From contig JBBRUX010000014.1 in the NCBI GenBank assembly GCA_038247415.1, forward strand, positions 1 to 64,000: a stretch of DNA of 64,000 nucleotides, read 5' to 3'. Shown piece after piece: positions 49,119 through 57,687 of the stretch. How positions within the stretch are numbered: position 1 is the first letter of the stretch; the number at the start of each line of letters is the position of its first letter. Made by a program: the position numbers and the translations under genes. This stretch comes from Chitinivibrionales bacterium (GTDB lineage: Bacteria; Fibrobacterota; Chitinivibrionia; Chitinivibrionales; WJKA01). The notes beneath the pieces are model-generated. The model was not told where the DNA came from. It saw nothing but the letters and a program-made list of their open reading frames with translations, and did not search any database.

Positions 49119-49418
49119 TCATTTCTGGTCTATTGCGGCGGTTTCAATAAATTGTTTCATTTTCTCGAGTTTGGTAATATACTTGACAGGCTTTGATTTG
49201 AATTTGTCAACACACAGGGGACAACAGAAATATACTTTCTTGGGTGAGTGAGCCGAATCTCCTGCCCAAACGGGCGAATAGGATGTGTCGATGGTATTTC
49301 CCCTTATGGGGCATTTGGTCTGTTGTTGAAGTTTTGCAGGCGATGATTGCTTCATCCAATAACCAGGCAAAACCCCACAGCAAAAAATTGTCGTAAACAA
49401 GACATAAATGTTTGTCAC
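49119..49418 (-). CDS. YHS/TRASH-like small metal-binding protein
   Basis: QTKCPIRG...VYFCCPLCVDKFKSKPVKY; similar to the N-terminal domain of the 45381 protein. Confidence 0.65.
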   Translation of the reverse strand: MTNIYVLFTTIFCCGVLPGYWMKQSSPAKLQQQTKCPIRGNTIDTSYSPVWAGDSAHSPKKVYFCCPLCVDKFKSKPVKYITKLEKMKQFIETAAIDQK

Positions 49419-49591
49419 CTTTTAATATATAAAATAGTGCTGCGACAATATTTTTAACTTGGTATAAGTAATACTAGAAACGTTGCATTTTAAAATAACG
49501 GTGCACATAAGGTTCTTTAAGTGTATTGCGCACCAAACTGTTTTTTATTATACTATAATATATACAAAATTTATAAAACTGGTATACATTC

Positions 49592-49972
49592 ATGAAAAAA
49601 TTCTTGGCACTTTTATTGATTCTTGGGTTGGCTTATTCATCCTATGCATCGGTATTCTACCAAAATCAAAGAGGTTACAAGGATTTATCTAAAAAATGTT
49701 GTTGTTCGGGTAAGTCCATTGCAGAAAAAAAAAGTGACGCTTTGCCAGACCCGTGTGCTTGCAATGCATGCCCTTGCATAAAAAAGTCGATTCCCGACCT
49801 TCCTCCTGGCGAAACTCAAGGCGTGTCAATTCCTTCAAGCAATGTGGCCATTTTTCAGTATCTCATAGTCTTTTGCTCGTTTGAATATATGCCACCAAAA
49901 AACGGATTAACCTTTTCTAAATCTGATCATCCCCCTCATGCTCCCCATTTTCCAATTCCCCTGCGTATTTGA
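49592..49972 (+). CDS. Cys-rich exported small protein upstream of cusCBA (leader-like)
   Basis: Signal peptide; CCC and CACNACPC; C-terminal SDHPPHAPHFPIPLRI. Confidence 0.6.
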   Translation: MKKFLALLLILGLAYSSYASVFYQNQRGYKDLSKKCCCSGKSIAEKKSDALPDPCACNACPCIKKSIPDLPPGETQGVSIPSSNVAIFQYLIVFCSFEYMPPKNGLTFSKSDHPPHAPHFPIPLRI

Positions 49973-50132
49973 GAATCCCCAACAAAAGAGTTTTCTTTTG
50001 TGCACACAATTCTTTATTGCTTGTGCTAGGCATCTATTTTAAGATTTGATATCTGATTACATCTTGACTAGTGAAAAACATTCTGTTTTTATTCTTTAGT
50101 ATTTTTAAAAGCTCGAATTGTTGGAGGTACCT

Positions 50133-51506
50133 ATGAAACTACCCTTATATCAAAAAGCCACAATGGTAATACCTATGTTCGCACTTGTGATGAATTTGAC
50201 ACTAGTGGTATCTGCACAAGTGTCAATGGAACAAAAACCTCCCGACGCCTCGCTTACGCTTTTGGAAACAACGGTTTCTGATTTAGTAAATGATGCGCGC
50301 GAGCATAATATTTCGTTACAATCGAAGATGCGCGCGATTGAGGTTGCACATTTCCAGGCTCAAAAGCTTTCGTATCTCGATCCTCCTACTTTTGCAATTG
50401 AGGCTATGAATACTCCGCTTTCGTCATTTCCCAATCCATTTAAGGATCGGATGGAAATGGATTATTCGTTGCAGCAAATGTTCATGTTTCCGGGAAAATT
50501 GCATGCAATGAAACATGCAGAACTGGCAAAAGTGGATATGGCTTCCATGGAAAAGTCCTCTCTAGAGCAAGAGATTATCCTTCAGGTTAAGCAGACAGTG
50601 TATGATATCTACCTCATTGATAGGCAATTGAAAATAAATGCAGCTTCACAGAAACTGTATTCAGATCTTGTTGGGATATCTCGAAAACAGTATGAGGTAG
50701 GGATGGGCAAACAGGCAGAAATTTTACGATTGCAAACGCAAGCACTGGTTGTCGAAAAAAATCTGATAGCTCTTATGTCAAAACGAGAAGCCATGGTTTC
50801 GATGCTTAATGGTTTGGCGGGTCGTGATTTGAATACCGCATTTCCCTCCCTGCCAGAAATTGATCCTTTAAAGATACAAATCGATACCATGAGGCTTATC
50901 GATAAGGCTATGGCATATCGCCCAGAAATTAGGGCTATGATTGCTCAAACCCGCATGAAACAAGGTGAGTCCGATGTTGCAAAGCTCTCGTGGTTACCCG
51001 ATTTCATGATAAAAGCTACATATCAAAATATCGCTGCGCCTAAAGGTGGAACAGATTCTATGGCTGGCCGAGGAAATCCCGATACGTGGTCCCTTATGTT
51101 TGGATTTACAATACCAGAAGCACCTTGGTCTTTTCGAAAGGCCAGTACTGCAGAAAAACAGGCTCAATCTAGTTATTCTGGATCGATGTCAGATCTTGAA
51201 CAAATGAAAGTGATGATTAAAACATCTCTTAGTAAAGCTCTCTTGGAAGTTGCTAGCAGTAAACAGCAGGTTCTTATAACTGCAACGCGTATTATTCCTT
51301 TGGCGCATCAAACCCTTGACGCAGCTTTTGCGACGTACCGGAGTGGAGGAGAGGAGTTTGTTATGGTGCTCGATGCAGAAAAAATGCTCCTGATGACGCA
51401 AGATGATTATCATATGCACGTCATGAAATATCTTAGTGCACTTGCTCAACTTGAGCGGGAAGTGGGCAGCACAGTTTATTCTATTCACAAGGATGGTTTA
51501 CAATGA
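50133..51506 (+). CDS. cusC: TolC/CusC-family outer-membrane efflux channel
   Basis: Helical OEP repeats (YEVGMG..EILR; YRSG..FVMVLDA); overlaps the cusB start; Met-rich. Confidence 0.82.
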   Translation: MKLPLYQKATMVIPMFALVMNLTLVVSAQVSMEQKPPDASLTLLETTVSDLVNDAREHNISLQSKMRAIEVAHFQAQKLSYLDPPTFAIEAMNTPLSSFPNPFKDRMEMDYSLQQMFMFPGKLHAMKHAELAKVDMASMEKSSLEQEIILQVKQTVYDIYLIDRQLKINAASQKLYSDLVGISRKQYEVGMGKQAEILRLQTQALVVEKNLIALMSKREAMVSMLNGLAGRDLNTAFPSLPEIDPLKIQIDTMRLIDKAMAYRPEIRAMIAQTRMKQGESDVAKLSWLPDFMIKATYQNIAAPKGGTDSMAGRGNPDTWSLMFGFTIPEAPWSFRKASTAEKQAQSSYSGSMSDLEQMKVMIKTSLSKALLEVASSKQQVLITATRIIPLAHQTLDAAFATYRSGGEEFVMVLDAEKMLLMTQDDYHMHVMKYLSALAQLEREVGSTVYSIHKDGLQ

Positions 51507-52939
51507 AAAAAACACAAAGATACGTTTCGGCTCTGTGGATACTGGGCTTAGTAATCACCGTTGTTCTTATGGGTACGCTCGTGGGAGGGTGCAATAAAGC
51601 GGCCCCTCAAAATGCGAAAAGCACGCAAGAAAAAACAATGTATCATTGTCCCATGCATCCCACAATTATTTCCGACAAAGAAAGCAATTGCCCCCTTTGC
51701 GGCATGAACCTTGTTCCGTTTACTAATACTTCGCCTGAATCAGGCTCGCAACAAAGCAGTCAAGGTGCTGTGCATATCGATCCGGTAACGGTTCAGAATA
51801 TGGGGGTGACAACCGAACTCCTAGAACACCGAACGCTTGTTAAAAATATCAGGGCCGGCGCAACTGTCAATCTCGATGAAACACGGCAAGCAGTGGTGAC
51901 AACAAAAACTATGGGATGGATAGAATCGCTCCATGCAAATTTTACCGGTGAACATGTTGCACACGGTGATGTGCTCTTCGAATTTTTTAGCCCCGATATT
52001 ATAAGTGCCCAAGAAGAATACCTATCGGCACTGAAAAGTGCAGAGAAGCAGGATTCGATGCATGCAGATGAAACGGATCCTCTTGTGCAAAGCACTTTGA
52101 GACGGTTATCGTACCTCGATATTTCCGACGACCAGATTGCACTCATTGCAAAGAAACGGAGTGTGGGTCGTACTATTCCCGTGTATGCACCCATGAGCGG
52201 AATTATTATAGAGAAAAACATTGTGGTTGGTCAAAATGTCATGAGTGGCACCTCTCTGTATAAAATAGCAGATGTATCAACAGTATGGGTTGTTGCCAAT
52301 GTGTATCAGAATGATATCGCATTTGTTTCTGTGCACATGCTTGCTGCAGTTGAGGTTCAGTCTGCTCCGGGTGTTTCGTATCAGGGAATTGTCTCATACA
52401 TTTCACCAATTCTTGACGCTGCGGCAAAAACTGCCCAGGTTCGGATAGAGGTTAAAAATACATCCGATTATGCGCTCAAGCCGGGTATGTTTGCCACCGT
52501 GACCCTGCAATCTAAACAACCACAACCGGTACTTGCTGTTCCTGAGCAAGCGGTTATTAGAACGGGTTTGAGATCGGTTGTAATTCTTGACATTGGCAAT
52601 GGCTATTATCGCCCACAAGAAGTAACGCTTGGGCTTTCTGCCGATGGATATGTGCAAATTCTGAAAGGTGTTACACAGGGCCAAAAAATAGTTACATCAT
52701 CGCAGTTTCTTATTGATTCCGAAAGTAACCTAAGAGCTGCCGTAAATGCAATGTCACCGAGTTCTTTATCCGATAGCGCCCATACTGTGGATACGGTACA
52801 AAAGATACCTGCTGTATCTCTAAAGACAAGTAAAAAGAGTAAAGATGTCTGGATTTGTACCATGGACCCGCAAGTAAAAAGCGATAAGCCAGGAGATTGT
52901 CCGATATGTGGAATGCGTGTGGTAAAAAAAGGATCGTAA
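51503..52939 (+). CDS. cusB: CusB-family RND periplasmic adaptor with N- and C-terminal heavy-metal-binding domains
   Basis: YHCPMHP...CPLCGM; GWIESL, FSPDIISAQEEYL, LKPGMFA, FLIDSESNL; WICTMDP...CPICGM. Confidence 0.9.
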   Translation: MKKTQRYVSALWILGLVITVVLMGTLVGGCNKAAPQNAKSTQEKTMYHCPMHPTIISDKESNCPLCGMNLVPFTNTSPESGSQQSSQGAVHIDPVTVQNMGVTTELLEHRTLVKNIRAGATVNLDETRQAVVTTKTMGWIESLHANFTGEHVAHGDVLFEFFSPDIISAQEEYLSALKSAEKQDSMHADETDPLVQSTLRRLSYLDISDDQIALIAKKRSVGRTIPVYAPMSGIIIEKNIVVGQNVMSGTSLYKIADVSTVWVVANVYQNDIAFVSVHMLAAVEVQSAPGVSYQGIVSYISPILDAAAKTAQVRIEVKNTSDYALKPGMFATVTLQSKQPQPVLAVPEQAVIRTGLRSVVILDIGNGYYRPQEVTLGLSADGYVQILKGVTQGQKIVTSSQFLIDSESNLRAAVNAMSPSSLSDSAHTVDTVQKIPAVSLKTSKKSKDVWICTMDPQVKSDKPGDCPICGMRVVKKGS

Positions 52940-52973
52940 TTACAGCCTAACGAAATAATTCTGAGGAATACCT

Positions 52974-55900
52974 ATGCTAGAAAAAATTATAGAATGGTCA
53001 ATTAAAAATCGCATCTTGGTGCTCTTGTGCACCGTACTTGTTATTGTGGGGGGGGGCTATTCGCTCTTTACAACCCCCGTGGATGCCATTCCCGATTTAA
53101 GCGATGTTCAGGTGATTGTATATACCGAAAATCAAGGGCAATCCCCGCGCGTCATAGAGGATCAGGTTACCTATCCCCTTACGACGTCGCTTGTTTCGGT
53201 TCCCGGTGCCAAGGTTGTGCGCGGGTATTCCTTTTTTGGCTATTCTTTGGTATATGTCATTTTCGAAGATGGGACCGATATTTACTGGGCGCGAAGCAGA
53301 GTACTGGAGTATCTTAATTATGCTCAAAAAAAACTGCCAGAGGGTGTTGTACCAACCTTGGGCCCCGATGCCTCGGGGGTGGGATGGGTGTATGAATATG
53401 CTTTGACATCAGACAAACGATCCCTTGCAGAATTACGCACCTATCAGGATTGGCATCTTAAGTATGGCCTTTCTAGTGTAGTTGGGGTTTCGGAGGTCGC
53501 AAGTATTGGAGGATTTACAAAGCAGTATCAGGTAACCGTTGATCCTGCGAAATTGTCTGCATACAATATTTCTCTAGCTGCTGTGGAAATGGCGATAAAA
53601 AATGGTAACAACGATGGCGGAGGAGAAGTTGTAGAGCTTGGGGAAATGGAATTCATGATTAGAGGCATTGGGTATATTTCGTCAATCGATGATATTAAGA
53701 AAATCCCAGTTGCCTCATCTATGGGCCAGCCTGTGGCACGTTCTGCCAGTGGTATGGGAGCTTCACAAACAGGAGGATTTGCCGGATATGCTGGTGCGCC
53801 TGTGCGTATTGGGGATATTGCCGATGTGGCGCTCGGGCCGCACATGCGCAGAGGTGTTGCCGAACTAGATGGAACTGGCGAAGTTGTGGGTGGTATTGTT
53901 GTCATGCGCTATGGACAAAACGCGCGATCCATTATTAAAGCCGTTGAGAAAAAAATAGAGGAACTTAAAACTGGGTTGCCACCTGATGTAAAGATTATTC
54001 CTGTATACGATCGTTCGGCTCTGATCGATAGAGCAATCGATAATCTTTCGCATAAACTTATCGAAGAAATAATTATTGTTGCGCTTGTGTGTCTTGTTTT
54101 CCTGTTTCATGCCCGCAGCGCGTTTGTTGCTGTAATAACGCTACCCGTTGCAATTCTCATGTCGTTTATTGTCATGCGATTTCAAGGGCTTAATGCTACA
54201 ATTATGTCGCTTGGAGGAATCGCAATTGCAATAGGAGCAATGGTTGACGCTGCAATAATCATGATAGAGAATGCACATAAGCATCTGGAGCATAATGCCC
54301 TGCTTCCTGAACAAGAGCGAAAGCCGCAGTGGGATATTATTCTCGATGCGTCAAAAGAAGTTGGGCCCGCACTTTTTTGGTCGCTTCTGGTCATAACTGT
54401 TTCATTTGTGCCAGTGTTTACCTTGCAGGCGCAGGAAGGTCGGCTTTTTAAGCCCTTGGCCTTTACAAAAACGTATGCAATGGGAGCTGCTGCATTTCTA
54501 GCAGTTACCCTTGTTCCAGTTTTAATGGGCTTTTTTGTGCGGGGCAAAATCCGGCCCGAAACTGCAAATCCTATCAACCGTTTTCTTATCCGGGTATATC
54601 ACCCTATTGTTAAATTAATCCTTAAGCACCCCAAAACAGTAATTGGGCTTGCAGTGCTTGTTGTTGGCATTTCGGTTATTCCTTATTCTAAGCTTGGATC
54701 GGAGTTCATGCCTCCTTTGTATGAGGGCGATCTCTTATACATGCCCACAACCTTGCCTGGTGTTTCGGTTGCAAAAGCAAAACAGCTCCTACAGCAAACC
54801 GATAAGATCATTGCATCGTTTCCTGAAGTAAAGAGAGTCTTTGGAAAAGCCGGCAGAGCAGAAACCGCCACCGATCCTGCTGGTCTTGATATGTTGGAAA
54901 CAGTGATAATGCTTAAACCGCAAAAAGAATGGCGCAGCGGGATGACGCCCGAGAAGCTCATTGATCAATTAGATGCTGCCATAAAATTTCCCGGACTTAC
55001 CAATTCATGGACAATGCCTATTAAAACTCGAACCGACATGCTGAGTACGGGTATCAAGACTCCTGTTGGTATTAAAATTTCTGGGGCTAATCTTGACACG
55101 TTGCAAAAAATTGGTGAACAGATAGAAGCGGTAGTACGGATGGCTCCGCATACTACATCGGCATTTGCAGAACGTGCGGTTGGAGGTAAATATCTCGATG
55201 TCGTTATTAATCGTGATGCAGCCGGGCGATACGGACTTAATATTAGTGATGTCCAATCGGTTATTGCAACGGCCCTTGGTGGCATGAGTATTACCACAAC
55301 AGTAGAAGGATTGCAGCGGTATACGGTAAACCTAAGGTACGGACGAGAACTGCGCGACAATATCGATAAAGTAAAGCATGTTCTCGTTAGTGCCCCCAAT
55401 GGGATGCAAGTCCCACTTGGAGAAATTGCAGATATAAACCCCAGCAATGGGCCGATGGTTATTCGATCTGAAGGAAGCAGGCCCAACGCATGGGTATTTG
55501 TTGATGTCAGAGGTATTGATTTGGGCACCTATGTGCGCACTGCACAAAAAATAGTTGCTGCACATGTCAACTTACCCGTAGGCTATACCGTTACCTGGAG
55601 CGGTGAATGGGAATACATGCAACGGTCTCAAAAAAGATTGATGATGGTAATTCCCCTAACTCTCTTTATCATTTTTATTATTATATTCCTTAATACCAAG
55701 TCTCTTGCTAAAACGGGAATTGTTTTTCTTGCAGTGCCTTTTTCTCTTGTTGGGGCTTTCTGGTTTTTATTTATCCTCGATTACAATATGAGTTTGGCTG
55801 TGTGGGTTGGTATTATTGCCCTTGCGGGGCTGGATGCTGAAACGGGCGTTATCATGCTTTTGTACCTCGATCATGCGTATGACGATGCGAAAAAGCGGGG

Positions 55901-56150
55901 AGCACATTCCCTGCAAGATTTACGTGATGCAATTGACGTTGGAGCAGTTAAGCGAGTGCGTCCTAAAATTATGACGGCAACAGTTATCCTTGCTGGTCTT
56001 TTGCCCATCATGTGGAGCAATGGAACCGGATCGGACGTTATGAAGAGGATTGCTGCACCCATGGTAGGCGGTGTTATTACATCGGTGCTTATGGAATTAC
56101 TTGTGTATCCGGCGATCTTTTTCTTGTGGAAGAAGAGGAGCGTGCGATAG
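52974..56150 (+). CDS. cusA: CusA-family Cu(I)/Ag(I) RND permease
   Basis: DAIPDLSDVQV, GAMVDAAI; Met triad equivalents LLYMP, LDMLET, TDMLSTG; RVRPKIMT. Confidence 0.95.
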   Translation: MLEKIIEWSIKNRILVLLCTVLVIVGGGYSLFTTPVDAIPDLSDVQVIVYTENQGQSPRVIEDQVTYPLTTSLVSVPGAKVVRGYSFFGYSLVYVIFEDGTDIYWARSRVLEYLNYAQKKLPEGVVPTLGPDASGVGWVYEYALTSDKRSLAELRTYQDWHLKYGLSSVVGVSEVASIGGFTKQYQVTVDPAKLSAYNISLAAVEMAIKNGNNDGGGEVVELGEMEFMIRGIGYISSIDDIKKIPVASSMGQPVARSASGMGASQTGGFAGYAGAPVRIGDIADVALGPHMRRGVAELDGTGEVVGGIVVMRYGQNARSIIKAVEKKIEELKTGLPPDVKIIPVYDRSALIDRAIDNLSHKLIEEIIIVALVCLVFLFHARSAFVAVITLPVAILMSFIVMRFQGLNATIMSLGGIAIAIGAMVDAAIIMIENAHKHLEHNALLPEQERKPQWDIILDASKEVGPALFWSLLVITVSFVPVFTLQAQEGRLFKPLAFTKTYAMGAAAFLAVTLVPVLMGFFVRGKIRPETANPINRFLIRVYHPIVKLILKHPKTVIGLAVLVVGISVIPYSKLGSEFMPPLYEGDLLYMPTTLPGVSVAKAKQLLQQTDKIIASFPEVKRVFGKAGRAETATDPAGLDMLETVIMLKPQKEWRSGMTPEKLIDQLDAAIKFPGLTNSWTMPIKTRTDMLSTGIKTPVGIKISGANLDTLQKIGEQIEAVVRMAPHTTSAFAERAVGGKYLDVVINRDAAGRYGLNISDVQSVIATALGGMSITTTVEGLQRYTVNLRYGRELRDNIDKVKHVLVSAPNGMQVPLGEIADINPSNGPMVIRSEGSRPNAWVFVDVRGIDLGTYVRTAQKIVAAHVNLPVGYTVTWSGEWEYMQRSQKRLMMVIPLTLFIIFIIIFLNTKSLAKTGIVFLAVPFSLVGAFWFLFILDYNMSLAVWVGIIALAGLDAETGVIMLLYLDHAYDDAKKRGAHSLQDLRDAIDVGAVKRVRPKIMTATVILAGLLPIMWSNGTGSDVMKRIAAPMVGGVITSVLMELLVYPAIFFLWKKRSVR

Positions 56151-56283
56151 CTTCGGCGTGGTTCAAAGCCTCAAAATGCTCCCGAAGCGTTTTCCCGCCG
56201 ATCGTCAGCCCCCGGTTGACGACAAGCTCTGTTTCTCTCAGAGTGAGAGTATTGCCTTCGATGGCGTTTGAGTTATAAGTCCA
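56146..56283 (-). pseudogene. Internal fragment (46 codons) of a Fic-family gene
   Basis: WTYNSNAIEGNTLTLRETELVVNRGLTIGGKTLREHFEALNHAEAI; no catalytic HPFxxGNGR motif; abuts the cusA stop codon. Confidence 0.8.
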
Positions 56284-56754
56284 CCAAAACATACCGGAGG
56301 CAATTATACGGCATAATTGAAGCTGTGCTGTTACCGGATGCATTTTTAGGGTCCAAAATTCATACGTTGATCAACAGTAATGCCGGCCTGCATATTCAGG
56401 GAACATGATGCTGTAGAAAGACCCCGATTGAATTGTCAGAATACAAATACCATAAACCTCTGGCAAACTCCTCGTTGGAAAATCGATCGTTTACCTATTT
56501 CTGATGAAATAATAAATATTCTTAAAATATGGCCATACGATCAAACGATTATCATTCTTCCCTATAGTAAGAAAACTGTAACAGGCGCGGAACATTCCGA
56601 AGCTGAAGTATAAAAACTATTCGAGGACAGTGCCTCAATCTCCAGCAGCGCTGTGCAAGCAAGTCTCAAAATCAGCCAACTGTTGACCAAGTTTTTGAAA
56701 GTTTCTGGAGCCATTTCATTAGAATCATTAAAATTTGCACAGAATAACGTCTCC

Positions 56755-56774
56755 TGTTGACTGGCCAGTCAACA
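56755..56774. promoter_or_regulatory. Perfect 20-bp palindrome, candidate operator
   Basis: TGTTGACTGGCCAGTCAACA equals its own reverse complement; 52 bp upstream of the TIGR02147 ATG. Confidence 0.6.
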
Positions 56775-56826
56775 CATGTTTCAATAAAGCCCACACGAAG
56801 CGCAACTTATACGCTATATTTCCTGT

Positions 56827-57687
56827 ATGGCTATCACAGACCCTACACTTTTTGATTATTTGGATTACCGAGAATTCCTTCGGGATTTCTTTAAGGAGCA
56901 GAAACGTCGGCACTTCTACTACTCTTTTCGCTATATTGCACAAAAGACTGGTATAGACCCGGCACATCTTGCGCGGGTTTTTCAGAGCAAGCGCCATTTA
57001 TCGCAGAAGAGTCTGGATTCGATTGTTTCCTTGTTGAAACTCACCGATGACGAGCAAGTTTTTTTCACGCGGCTTTTTGCCTTTAACACAGCCCGAACCG
57101 AACGCGAGGCTAAGCGGGCATTTGAGGAGATCCTCGCTTTCGGAGGCGTCAAATCCAAAACGCTGCACGCCGGGCAATTTCGTTTCTATACAAAATGGTA
57201 CTATACGGCAGTACGCGCCCTTATTGCCATGCGATTATTTACCGAGCGAGACTACGCTGCCATCGCGCGAAGTCTGAGTCCGTCAATTTCACTGTCTGAG
57301 GCTAAGGATGCTGTCCGTTTGCTCCTGGAACTCGGTCTTGTTGAAACAGGTTCTGATGGAATTTTGAGAGTGCTCGATACGCACATCAGTACCGGCCCTA
57401 AGTGGCGCTCGATCGCTGTTAAAGCATTTCATTCGGAGACTATAAAGCTTGCGGGTGAATCTATTGAGCGGCATCCGCGCGAAGTTAGGGACATATCAAC
57501 AGTTACCGTAGGGATCAAACGCAGCCGAATGGATGAAATTCGTCAGCGGATTGTTGAATTTCGTTCGTCAATTATGCATCTTGCAGAAGAAGACACCGAT
57601 CCCGATGAAGTTTACCAATTGAATATTCAACTCTTTCCCTTGACTGATACCTCAAGCAAAAAGGGGCATGGCGATGAAGTGTTGTAA
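56827..57687 (+). CDS. TIGR02147-family protein (HTH-like N-terminus plus DUF4423)
   Basis: LFDYLDYREFLRDFF, YSFRYIAQKTG, KWYYTAVR, RDISTVTV, VYQLNIQLFPLT. Confidence 0.9.
   Translation: MAITDPTLFDYLDYREFLRDFFKEQKRRHFYYSFRYIAQKTGIDPAHLARVFQSKRHLSQKSLDSIVSLLKLTDDEQVFFTRLFAFNTARTEREAKRAFEEILAFGGVKSKTLHAGQFRFYTKWYYTAVRALIAMRLFTERDYAAIARSLSPSISLSEAKDAVRLLLELGLVETGSDGILRVLDTHISTGPKWRSIAVKAFHSETIKLAGESIERHPREVRDISTVTVGIKRSRMDEIRQRIVEFRSSIMHLAEEDTDPDEVYQLNIQLFPLTDTSSKKGHGDEVL

Noticed and set aside
56380..56613. 77-aa ORF between the Fic scar and TIGR02147
   Set aside because: No SD or recognisable motif; it may be decayed sequence, so it was not called.
36593..56750. Intact mobile element or prophage carrying the copper island
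   Set aside because: No integrase, transposase, tRNA attachment site or terminal repeats were found; only pseudogene scars.
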